From Phoronis australis (Eukaryota > Animalia > Phoronida): a DNA stretch of 64,000 nucleotides. The notes beneath the pieces were generated by a model. That model made no database searches. It was not told where the DNA came from and was given only the letters and a program-made list of their open reading frames with translations. The stretch is from contig NMRA01000362.1 of the NCBI GenBank assembly GCA_002633005.1, positions 394,968-458,967 on the forward strand, read 5' to 3'. Below, piece by piece: positions 12,301-23,530 of this stretch. The translations under genes were made by a program, and so were the position numbers. Position 1 is the stretch's first letter. Each line of letters starts with the position of its first letter.

Positions 12301-15300
12301 ATTCTCAGAGAGGTTGCACTTTTGCTCGCGTGTATGTTCTCAGAGACTTTGCACTTTGCTCATGTGAGATATGTAATTATTTTTGTTGAATAGTTGTGTG
12401 GAGCGAAAGACCACATTTCTGTCTTATGAACGCGCATTGATTATTCACCGCGCACAATTGCTTATTGAACGCCCACCCTCAATTAGTACGCGTACTTATT
12501 TCAGTACGCGTACTGAACGAGAAAGTACAGGCGGTTCAGTAAGGCTTCCCAAATTCCGAGTAACAATCAGTCGTTCCAATCGATCTGCTAATGGGTTGGT
12601 TAGGGTTAATATAAAAGATCACTGTTTGGGCTGTCAAGAAATGCCAACAGATCTTAACTGTGTTAGTGCCCGCGTAGTTTCCGAAGTTGAATGAATGCCA
12701 TCCTCTGACCAAAAATCAAAATTAATTGATTTTATGTATATTTTAATTTAAAAGTTACTTACTTGTTCCTCACAAAATCAATAGCACCTTTATTAACATG
12801 TTCGCTTTATCGGCAGCTACATTCTTCGAAATGTAAACGTTAGTCTATTCGATGAATGACCGTTGAATAACTAATTCTGCTAGTTGAATAACCAATTATG
12901 TGAGTTGATTATGCACAGAAAGGTAATCGCTTAGGGACCAATTGTGTGCGCTAAATCGCTAATTCTGCTCGTTGAGGGAAAATTTCGCTCGTGTTTTACG
13001 ACCGCGATCGTTATATCAAATAATTTTAGCAAAAACCCGTTAGATCTGAGTCCACGAGACCACTAGCCATTCAACTCTCAATTGATATTGTTTTGTGGTG
13101 TTTATGGTTTGTTATTCAAATTAGTAAAGAGTGAGTAGTTTACCACCAACATTTAGAATTACTACTACATTACCTCCCCACGCGCGCACCCAGGGGGGGC
13201 TCGGGGGGCTCCAACGAGCCCCCCCCCCNTTTGGCGAAGTGGGCAAAACGAGCAATGGGAATGTTTTCTGTCTAACAAATTCAATTGAACACCAGAGAAA
13301 CAAAAAGTCCGAGAAAACGAGACATAAGTCCACTGAAAAGGCACAGATCCACTGAAAAGGCACAGACGCACAGTGAAGGTGGTAACCCGTTTTTTTTTTT
13401 AATTCTCCCGCTTTTTTGTCAGCAAAAGGTCCACATCGCCAGAAATTCGAGCCCCCCATATTTAAGGCTGGGTGCGCGCATGCTCCCCCCACCCCGAAAA
13501 CGGTTTTGAACCTGTTCTTTTACACACGCAAATAAGAGTAAAAGAATGAAACTTGGCCTAAATAGTGAAAAAAATGTTACTTTGCGAACGAAAAATACGA
13601 GCGTAAAATAACGAGCGTACAACTTCTTCAGTGATCTCGTGACCCACAAACCAATTTCTCATTGGATATAACGATTAAGATCGTGAAACACGAGCGAAGT
13701 CTCAATCGTCATTACGAGCGTGTACTTCTGGACGACACTTTCTCGCGAAGGGCACGTGATAATTATGCGCGTTGAATAATCACAGAAAGGTACTCGTTTA
13801 AGAAGCCTTTGGCGCCCCCTACTTTATCGCGTACGACCCGCAAGGAATTTGCACTCAGTACCGGCACAGTTTCCGCAAAATACGAGTCAATCACTTGTGG
13901 GTCATTATCAGTCATGTTTCTATTGAGAAACAACAGACGTCTAGAGAACACATCTATATGAACGACTACGCACCTGTTAATACAAAACCCATTTTGTTTT
14001 ATTTTGCCGCACCTGCCCACATGTCAAATATAACTAGGCCCTATGACCGACAAAGAAGTCGTTTTCTTCTTTGCCAAGCTCTCTATAGTGAGTCACCTTA
14101 CTTTTGTGAGGTTTAAGTCATTTACATGGCATTTTTCTTCCAGTCAGCAATGGGAATGTTTTCTGTCTAGCAAATTCAATTGAACACTAGTCTTGGTATT
14201 TCAAGCCCATCGCAAAGTAAACTCGAACATATTCATGTCTCTAACTATCACCTTGCACGTTTTCTGAAGCGTCGTCCGGTTGCGCAAGCACAATGTGCAA
14301 CACATTTGAAAGGGGACGCAATAACGTTTGCGGAGAATCGCAAACTTTTTGCAAGAGAACGTTAAATATTTGAAGGGAAATGCCAAAATCTTGTTTTTTG
14401 CATCAAGTTCTTTCAGAAGATCGGTATTTGAAGTTTTGAGAGTGATATTCTTTATTTTATTTTATTTATTTTATTTTATTTGTTCAAAATTTGACGCCCT
14501 TCAGCTTTATGAATGATCCCTTGCTTCGTTTTGTATTTTGCAGGATAACTCCACCGTTTTTCCTATAACGACATCTACTGCAACATCTGAAAACATCGTA
14601 AGATCTGAAGAGATTCAGACGACAGAAGCACTACCACCCGACATCAACACGACAGCAAGCAACAACGCGAGCACTCAGGACAGAGCGGATTACAATGAGA
14701 AGGCACTTTCTGGTTGGAAAGGAATGTACGTTTTGTCTGAGACATATATTTGCTTACGCAATTTTTAAGCGTTCAGTGCCCGGTTGCATGAAACAGTCCC
14801 AAATAGGGACTCAACTAAGTTCCCTAAATCTACTGCGTACTTGTGGGCTTTTGACAACATTGACTGGCCTTTCTTTTGCTTTTTAAGTCTCCTTACGTAG
14901 TCTATTTTTGGCTTTGATACAAATCGAGATATAACTCTACGTTGTCTTGTTATTATCATTATTGAACATAAGTAGGGATCTTTTCATGCAACGTCCTAAT
15001 TTAAGGACTAAGTCCCCAATTATTTTGACTGAATTAAGGGCTCTGTTTTTAGTTACATTATTTGGAAATGTCTTTGGACAAAGAGTAGCTTATGATAAAG
15101 ATAAATTATAGAAAAATATTAGGTCTGTGAGTAAACTACAAAAAATATGCAAAAGATTTATGTAACTTAGTTGAGTCCCTGTTTGGGACTTTTTCATGCA
15201 ACTGAGCACAGATCTCCAAGCAGAACAACGTGTGTGTGCTTGTTCGTAAATGCATATAAGTTAATGTGAAAATTAATTTTTGTGCGTGGTATATATCAAT

Positions 15301-17502
15301 CATTGCACGCTTTTAACTTGGTCCCTTCTAGTAAAATTGCATGGATTTTACAACAGTGATTACGTTGTGTAACCCCTTGAAGGAATGAGAGACGATTGAA
15401 ACGGATATAGTCCTACCGTCAGTCACAGACAAACAACTTTTGATTCACACCACTTTCCGCTATGGTATTGTTTTCAAATTGTTTCCTTTTCAAAAAAGAT
15501 TCCATTTCTGTGCTTCGAAGGAACGGACAGTTCGTAATTGCTTGAAACGAGGCTCTACAAGCTCACTCGTCCCATCGTGTCATTTCATACGCCGAAAATG
15601 ATTTCGAAGAATGACGAATTTCAGTTTTTTTCAAGAAGGAGACCAACTTTATAGCTGTACGCTGTGTAAAAAAAACAAAAGTTAGTTTCTTCAAAGAAAT
15701 GCAGGTTCTTAGCTGCTCTAAATGAAACCCATCTGATTGTGCTCCCTACAAATTAGGACTTTTTGGTAACCATGAACACAGCTTCATATCTCTTCTTGTT
15801 TTCTTTCTTTTGTTTTTTGTTTCCTCGCTCTCTCGACTGGGAAATTGGTTGTATTGAGTTTACCCTCAATGTTGCATGACCATTGAAATTTCATTTGGCG
15901 CCTGATGCTTGGACTGTGACATGCAGGAATTTATGATTTCCCCAGCTGTAGGCCTATAGCTAAGTCTTAACCTTTCAACAGCGAGGGCTGGCATATCGTC
16001 GTCTAGGTGTACTTCAAAGTATTAATCTTAAGTTAAAATTTCGTTTCAAAGATTTCACTTGAAAACAATGTATTAAATGCATGACATCATGAAATATTTT
16101 CACGGGTTGAAATGGTATAACCTTTTCAATTTCACTGTATGCAGCAAATGTGGTAAAAACAGCGTTAAATAGTGTGCAACTGTCAAAATGTCGTCCAATA
16201 AGCTCTTTAAGTCAATACCATATGAAGAAGACCTTGAACTCCGAACATTTTGCAATGTATTAAATCCTATTTATAACTACTTCCAGAAATGGCGGCGATA
16301 ACTGTTCTGTGCCATACAGTCAAATAAGCGATTTAGAAGGGAAAAACATCACAGAAAAGGAACGAAAGTCTTGGCCGTGCGAACTGCGAGAGTACTGGAA
16401 GTCGCTCGAACTCTTTAAACGGGTTAACAATGTCTTGTTGTCTTATGGTACAGTAGCCGTGGTGTTGACCGGCATAATCTGTAACATGATGGCGCTGCGG
16501 ACGCTACTGAACCCGAAAATGAGATTCACTACATCTCACATGTATTTGAGCGCACTTGCCGTATTTGACACCGGAAACCTGCTTTTTAATTTCTTAGTGG
16601 GTGTCTTGCGAGGGCAGAGTCTCGCAATAAACGCCGTTTTCCAGGGTAGTGAAGCTTTGTGTATGATCCATTCAGTTTTTGTTGAACTATTTAATCTGTT
16701 AGGACCTTGGATTATTGTGTGTTTTACCGTCGAAAGGTTCATCTGTGTCCATTATCCCCTGAAGGTCAGTCAATTTTGCTCGCACAAAAGAGCACGAAAC
16801 ACTATCGTCGGTGTCACCCTATTTATATTCGCATTTTCTTGTCACAAATTACTCGTGTCGGGCTTCGAGGGTGACAGTGTATTTGGTTACAAGGCATGTA
16901 AAACAAACCGGATGAAATCAGGTGAACTGATCTACTTCTATGTCGCTTTAAGCACGTGGTTGCCCTCGCTGGCCATCATGATTCTAAATGTGTGTATACT
17001 CATCAGAGTCCGGAAGTCGGGCAAGGAAAGGCGACAGATGGCGTCACAGCAAAACAAGTGCGAACTAAACAGAGCTAAACATCAAGAGAGCAAACTTACC
17101 ACGATGCTTCTTGTCGTGTCGTCTGCATACTTAATACTTGTCATTCCGCTAGGTGTCCTCCAGTCTGCAGAGATCACGTGGAAAACTCTCGGTGTAGATC
17201 CCTCCTTCGAAGAACCCCAGAAAAGCCTCTACGTACACTACATGTCTGTCAAGTTTCTCTTGAAATGTATTCGCACATTTTGTTTCTTTTTTTACCAACT
17301 TAATTTCTCAATCAACTTCTTTCTTTATCTTCTTTCTGGCGACAAGTTTCGCGAGGTGCTCAATCAGCAGTACTCGTGTTGCCACTCTTCGTTTACTTAT
17401 ACGTCGCGCGCCACAAGTGAGGATCATTTCCCAGGCTCTACGGACAGTATCCGGTCAAAGACCACTACCTTTTCCATGAGCACCACTGACGTTAGGCAGT
17501 GA
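6208..17502 (+). CDS. Class A (rhodopsin-like) GPCR, FMRFamide/sex-peptide-receptor-like peptide receptor group, ~498 aa; join(6208..6306,14544..14725,16287..17502)
   Basis: Seven hydrophobic segments; TM2 YLSALAVFD, TM3 TVERFICVHYPL (DRY variant), TM7 QLNFSINFFLYLLSGDKFRE. Exon phases fit (0 then 2: AT|A=Ile). N-terminus is S/T-rich with many NxS/T sequons. Exon 1 is less certain than exons 2-3. Confidence 0.9.
6664..7765. mobile_element. ~1.1 kb imperfect palindrome (foldback/MITE composite) in GPCR intron 1
   Basis: Arms ~6970-7100 and ~7352-7495 are inverted copies. Inner arms ~7145-7190 and ~7230-7280 and outer segments ~6665-6755 and ~7703-7762 are also inverted. Centre ~7210. Confidence 0.7.
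8060..8181. repeat. Tandem duplication, ~62 bp x2
   Basis: gattaagcttctaccctctcacaaccgagatgccgccagttag... repeated with a few substitutions. Confidence 0.9.
8934..9090 (-). mobile_element. MITE family B copy
   Basis: Reverse-complement homologue of 46903-47062 (aaaattctcccagattc..tttggca..ttcggg..tgcgaatgtctga). Confidence 0.75.
10605..10713. mobile_element. Short MITE (TIR CA(C/T)AGGCGGATC)
   Basis: cacaggcggatcaagg ... cctggatccgcctatg inverted ends around a G/C-run core. Confidence 0.65.
13179..13482 (-). mobile_element. MITE family A copy (inverted relative to 3461-3697)
   Basis: cacgcgcgcacccag...ctgggtgcgcgcatg termini; shared internal sequence; contains an assembly N at 13229. Confidence 0.8.
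14544..14725 (+). CDS. GPCR coding exon 2 (glycosylated S/T-rich ectodomain)
   Basis: ttttgcag acceptor, AT|GTACGT donor; encodes DNSTVFPITTSTATSEN...INTT..NNAS. Confidence 0.8.
14774..15211. mobile_element. MITE with ~55-bp imperfect TIRs in GPCR intron 2
   Basis: cagtgcccggttgcatgaaacagtcccaaatagggactcaactaagtt versus aacttagttgagtccctgtttgggactttttcatgcaactgagcacag. Confidence 0.8.
16287..17502 (+). CDS. GPCR coding exon 3 (entire 7TM domain and C-tail)
   Basis: ttccag acceptor at 16285-16286; continuous ORF to TGA at 17500-17502. Confidence 0.95.
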
Positions 17503-17881
17503 CCAATTGGAATCATGTTCAAACATTCCAACACACTTTTTGAGTGTGAGGACGTTAGAATAGCATTACAACTCATCTATACCAACATAACGTCGATCCT
17601 TGGCAATAACCAGCATCGTGAAGACATTCAGCACTGGCTACTGGTTTTTTACAGTATAGAGTCCACTCTGCCCGAGCTCTCTTTTGCATAAGGTACAAAG
17701 AGACTGAAAAGGTGCACACAATTCAATGCTATATGCTTACAGTCAAAAGTTATATTGAGAACAGGTCAAGAGGACCAATTTCAATGAAATATTATATAGG
17801 AATGGACCAGTTATTAGGTCCCCTTTGAGCTCCATTCCGACCACATAACCCAAGAAAAGCAATAAGAGTTAACATGTGACT

Positions 17882-17998
17882 GAGGAGGCAATGTGGCCTA
17901 GTGTGGCGGTGCATGCCTTTTTTCTCGAGGTCGTGGGTTCGAGTCCCACTGGGCCACACTGCTAGACCCTTGAGTGATGTTTCAAGCCCCTCAGCTCG
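17882..17998 (+). mobile_element. tRNA-derived SINE head
   Basis: Pol III A-box TGGCCTAGTG and B-box GGTTCGAGTCC, followed by a gacccttgag... SINE-core-like segment; no complete cloverleaf. Confidence 0.65.
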
Positions 17999-19717
17999 GT
18001 TTTAACTACATATTAATAAAGCACAAAAATAGTGCTAAGTGATCAGTGCTATAGGCGCACATGCGCGGCCTGCGCACGTCTGGTACAACGTGTACCAGAC
18101 CGCCTGCAATTATTTTTTTATTATAACATTTGACTGTCGTAAAATTAAAACAGTGGAGCTCTCAATATCACTTGAACAATAACTGCAGCCATTACTCAAA
18201 TTGACGGATGACGTTAAGTTAAGATGGTGGCGTCAGTGCAACAACCGTCCTACCTGAATATGGGTAGCGTTCTGTAGATCACGTTTCTTGCTAGAAAGAT
18301 GAGATCGCGCAGGACCAATCAAAATCACGCGAGCCAAAGGTGTTGCGCGAGTATGCTCGAGACCTTATCAGTGTAGCCTAACAAAATGGCGGAGACTGAA
18401 GTGATTGGACGATGTGGTTGGAATGTTTGGTTCCGATCGAATTTATATTTTATGGGGTAGAACTGTTTCCGTTCCATAACCGAGGACATCTCGTTGCAAT
18501 TTCATTCATTGGGACTATGGGACTACGGATCGCAGCCCAGTATAAATGCATGCATTCAGATAGTCACGCGGGACGCTAGGTCTACCGAGGGCCCCCATAC
18601 CGACTAAAAGCTTTCTCTGACCTGTCATTTTATTCGGCTGTTAAACAGAGTGACCTTTTTTCATTAATCAGTCAAGTAAGCACAAAATTTCCCACTTTTC
18701 GTTACCATCGCTCACAATTAAAAGGTCAAAATTATTCGCCACTGCTGGCCAATTCTACTGCATTGGAATATAAAGGAAGGGGTAGAATTCAGCCTTGGCT
18801 CCAACAAACAACTGAATGTCTCACATTCCCAGCCTTTAATGACAATCAGTGCCATCTTCTGAAGTAGTAATAAGACTATTTTGCAGGTTTAAAACACAGT
18901 GATTCAGCGATTCTGTTTTACATGTTATGGACTAAAAAACATTATTTCTGTGGCTAGGTTTACTGCCTCAAAGTTAATCTGTTCGACTTCAACTTTAGCA
19001 AAATTATTATTTCCGTCTCATCATCACTGAAAGTAGTCAAGGGAATAAATCTTAACATTTTACTGTACCCCTGAATTTCTTTATGGGCGGAAATGACGGC
19101 AAATATAGACCCTATGTCAACCGTGTTGTCAAATGTTTTCGCCAACTAAAGATACCTCAGTACGGTAATTTTTCATTGTTTCCTTGTTGTACTAATTCCC
19201 GACCAGTGTAAAAAATCAATTTAAATGATACACCTTGGTAAGTGTATTAGAACTTGTATAGTGCACATTGTTAGTAAGCATGCGCATGCGCAATAATACT
19301 TTATTTTTCTTAAAGGGTAAACTTGTTGATGGGTATGAATGTGGCTCCGCTTGAACTGATATAAAATGGTGATGCGTTAGTAACGTTGCTTGAAATGATA
19401 TTCCATGCTCTTCACTGAGTCGGGATTCTTTCAGTGTTCGTGGAGATAACAAATCTTCCTCTTAGCAAATTCTAACGTTGGCACTAAAAGGAAATTTATC
19501 TCACCTACCCGACATCTTTGTCTATTTCTTTCCAGCGATGACAGTTTCAATAGTTTTTGTTTGCTGAAGTAGCGTGGTATTTCCCCAGCTGTAATGGCTT
19601 GAAGAGAACTTTGGATACATGGAATGAGAAAAAACGTTAGTTTCCACTGATTATGATTCCTGGTATTTATATTTTTGAGTATTTTTGTAAACATGTGGAA
19701 CACCCTGTATGCATATA

Positions 19718-19908
19718 CAGTGCTGTAATGGTAAATTTAGAGGTAGGTAGGCGCTCAATGCCCACGGTATCACCTTGATTTGAGCACTAATTTTTAAAAG
19801 TTTACTGTATTCGCATTATAACGCAACTTACGGTGCGTAGGCGCTACGTTTGAATGCCAAAAGGTGATTGGCTGCGCCTACGTGCGCCTACGCCCCACTA
19901 CAGCACTG
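19718..19908. mobile_element. hAT-type MITE with 8-bp TSD
   Basis: TIRs CAGTGCTGTA(A/G)TGG; flanks TGCATATA (19710-19717) and TGCATATG (19909-19916), 7/8 identical. Confidence 0.8.
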
Positions 19909-20150
19909 TGCATATGTGTGTGTGTTTGTTTATGTGCGTATTTATGTGTGCATGTATGTACGTATGTGTGTATGTCTGTATGTATGTGTGTGTGCATGTA
20001 TGTATGTATGTGTGTATGTATGTATATGTGTGTACGTGTTTAGTATGTGTGTGTGCATATGTGGGTATGCATACATGTATCGACGCATGCATGTATGTAT
20101 TTATGTATATATGTACATGTATGTACGTATGTATGCATGTACGCATATAT
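19909..20150. repeat. Imperfect (TGTA)n/(TG)n microsatellite
   Basis: Directly visible; produces the spurious CVCMYV-type ORFs. Confidence 0.95.
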
Positions 20151-20574
20151 TTTTATGTCTGGAGACTTACATGGTTGCTAAGGAATGTTTTTGCGCTGCA
20201 CAAAGCCTTAAGATAACAATATGTGATTACGTAAATGATGTATTACGCAATCGAGAGTGAACAGTTGTTATGCCTCAGGTATCGTATGTTGTTAGTCATT
20301 TTACAGCTTTTTCGGACTCCTGCGTGTGCTCAGGATGAAGAACAATGCGTCTTGTGTGACCATACGCATTGCGCATTTAAGAAGATTCGTAAAAGACCCA
20401 TGTCCCTGATTTTGATTGTTTTGATTTGAAGGTCTGTTTATAATGTTACGTTAGAATACTGCCTGTGAACAATTGCTATTAAAGTTGTTGGTTAGAGGCT
20501 TCGTGGATTCGATCGCATGGCTATTTTACATGTATGTGGCTCAAGAAGACCTTGAATTTATAATACCTTAGAAA

Positions 20575-20945
20575 TTAAGTGTAAATGTGGTTGATGTTCT
20601 TTGAAATGCGAGATCTCGTGATCTAATTTTAGTCTGTGATATTGTTAAGGAGCAATTTGTCACTAATTGTTTCTGTTGTTATGTAAATGTCCTGAAATCG
20701 TGCGATATATTGTACAATCAGTATCCCAAGGCTAATCAGACCATTGTTGATTGCAAGTAAAGCGACTGAGTTCGCGGTGTATCACAGACAATCAAGAATT
20801 TTCAAAAAGAGAATTGAAAGATTTTTGTTGGAACTACCTTCAACATGGCTTAGCTGTTTTCTCATTGTGCTTGAGACAAGTTTCATGGTGAAGACAACGA
20901 TTTAGTGCCGTACCCTGCCAGACAATCTCTGAAATGTGGCCTGTG
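20575..20945 (+). pseudogene. Possible fossil P2X7-ballast/NANOR/KolX-like Cys-rich ORF
   Basis: Ordered motifs across frames: CKCG*C (20580), NCFCC (20665), CITDNQEF (20778), PYPARQ (20908); disrupted by stops and frameshifts. Confidence 0.3.
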
Positions 20946-22100
20946 TATATTGTATTTCAACACTGTAGACTATTGCTCTATACATGTATTCTGAATGTTA
21001 GATAAAATTGTCATAATTTGTTGTTATCTTTATAGGGTTAACGTTTACAAAATACAGTAATGTTTTTATTACGCCTCTCTTTTATTCGTTTAACTTTGAC
21101 AGCACGCTGCATTATTGACATTAAAAAGTGGATGACCTGTCTCGTTAACCTAGCTGGTATGAGAACAAAAACTCAAAAAATGAACTTGGTTGAACGATAT
21201 AGTTTGTGTAGAACTAATTGGTAGCATTTTGTCGACAAGTCTGTACTTAGCCAAATATCTACAAAACTATACACTTGAACTTAGTAAAAGTATACATTTT
21301 CTGAAAGTAGACAGCTTTTAAAGTTTGATTTTTGGCTTTTTGCCAATCTGCAATAAAAAGTGTTTTGATAACAAAACCACGGTATCAATCGGTATCAATG
21401 ACATTGATAAAATTTCGTTTGACATAAACGTTCATGGTGAAAACTCAAAATTTGTTTTCATTTGTCCAACTTCTGATTTTGTCTCATGAATGTCATCAAA
21501 ATCCTAGTTTTGATATCCCTCGTGCAAAACTGGAACATTCTTAAAGCGATAACCGACAGCGTTTTGGAGAAAAGTGCGTAAAACATAGTATCTCAAAGTT
21601 CCATGTGTGGCCTATCAGCCATTACTGAGATATGATTTCCGAAAATAGCCAGATTTGGACATTTTCTAGGGTTCTATATAACCTAACAAGTATAAGGACC
21701 AAAACCCATCTTTTCCGTTCATTCCACAAGAACTACAATAAATGTGTCATAATAGATCATCTGATTAGATACATTCTCATTCCCGTAAATGTACGTACTT
21801 AGATTCATGCGCCTGTATCCAACATAACGTGCTTTCCAAAAGGAATCCTGAAATGTTTCGCATAGGCGCATGCGCCGCCTCTTGTGTATTCAAAAGCCTT
21901 GAAACCAAATATTTCGTGTGTCTCGTGGTCATTCTTAAAATAATCCTCATTTGAATAGCACGTGAACGTCAAGCGTATTTTCAATGTGGCAGACAATATT
22001 TTGGAAACGTTATGGGTAGTCCGCGGTGGGCGCGCTCGTTCGATAAGAAGTGCGTCTATTTTCGTGTGACGTTATCATGTACATTACTACACATCGTATA

Positions 22101-22307
22101 CATGCGTGCACCCAGCCTAAAAAATGTGGGGCTCGAATTTTTGAGAATGTAGAATTTTTACTAAGATTCACTCGCCGAAATTTGGTAGTTCCTGCCTTTT
22201 TAGTGAACATTTTTCTAGGGTCCTGTATAACTTAATAAGTCTCGTTTTCTACTTTTTTCGGTGGCAGACTTTTTGCCCACTTCCCCAAATTGGGCAGCTC
22301 ATTCGAG
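22101..22307 (+). mobile_element. Partial MITE family A copy
   Basis: catgcgtgcacccagcctaaaaaatgtggggctcgaattt...cccacttccccaaattgggcagctcattcgag resembles 3461-3670. Confidence 0.6.
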
Positions 22308-22424
22308 TAATACAAAAAAACATGTGCATTTATTTCACAATCCTTAAACTACGAGGAAACCCATTTGTTAGGAATTTCTGTGAAAATGACACCTTTTTCA
22401 GATTTCTCGTCCTTCAAAATACCT

Positions 22425-23530
22425 CAACATAGGCGCCTTTGAAAAAATGTGAAATTTTCGTGATCAACTTATTGAAAACCACTTCTAATTAAATCAATGA
22501 TTGAAACCCTTTTGAAAATTGATCACTTTTGTTGCATAATGTCAATTTCATGTTTTAAAATCTTAGATTATATTAACAAGTCTACGGATTTTCTTACGTC
22601 GGCGTAAGAAAACTTTTTTTCTGGATTTTGAGTACTTCGAATTTTAGCACGTTTTGGCTCCTACTCAAATCGTTGCTTCATTATCATTTTGTTTCCCACC
22701 ACGTTTGGAATCAAACAAGAAAAAAGTATGGGCCACAGACTTAGTTTTTTAGCTATTTCATAACGAACAACATCAATGTCGATTGCGAAATTCGACCTTT
22801 TCGAAAGTGACCCAATTTAAAGATCACAGTTGGCCCGCTGAAATTCAGTAGATGCGGATTATGTGATTATGTTAATATATGTTAATGGAATTATGAAACA
22901 AATTTAGTTGATATGAACAATCCAAGAGTAGAAGTTTCTTTTTTGATAAATTCAAATTTGCTGTTTGAATTACTCACACTCCATGGTCTACATGTCGTTT
23001 TTCTAACTGTTTAGTATGACTTCATTGCGGAATCTAATGTCGCGCCATGCTATTTAACGACACAAAACAGAAGCTCGGCTATCGGCATTTTTTCAAATTA
23101 AATAATCTTCTGTAATTTTTATCAAAACAATATTCAAATGTTTTATGAAATAGTCAATGTGGTAAAACAACGACTGGTTTATGGCTTTTTTGGCAAACTG
23201 TGCGATTCTCTAATCTTTCCCTTGGTTTGCAGAAAACACGTTGGGTAGCAACATAAATCATGGAAGAAAACATTTAAAGGGGTAACATCTTATATGGAAA
23301 AAACCAAAACCCTAGAAAGGAAGGTACTCAAAGTCCAGAAAAAAATGTTTTCTTACGCATACGTAAGAAAATCAACAACCCGATGAAATTAAAACCGTTA
23401 AAACATAAAATTGATATAGTGCAAGGAAATTAATTCGTATTCAAAAGAATTTTACTCATTAATTGAGTTAGAAGTGGCTTTTCAGTAACCTCACGTAAAT
23501 ATCACATTTTTTCCAAAAGTGCCTCTGTTT
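22425..23530. mobile_element. ~1.1 kb imperfect palindrome (foldback element)
   Basis: e.g. gattttcttacgtcggcgtaagaaaactttttttctggattttgagtac (~22586-22635) versus gtactcaaagtccagaaaaaaatgttttcttacgcatacgtaagaaaatc (~23324-23373); arms extend ~300 bp each side. Confidence 0.75.

Noticed and set aside
17882-17960. tRNA gene
   Set aside because: A and B boxes are present but there is no acceptor or anticodon stem pairing, and it continues into a SINE-like body.
19854-20260. Cys/Val/Tyr-rich ORFs of 82-130 aa
   Set aside because: Translation artefacts of the (TGTA)n microsatellite.
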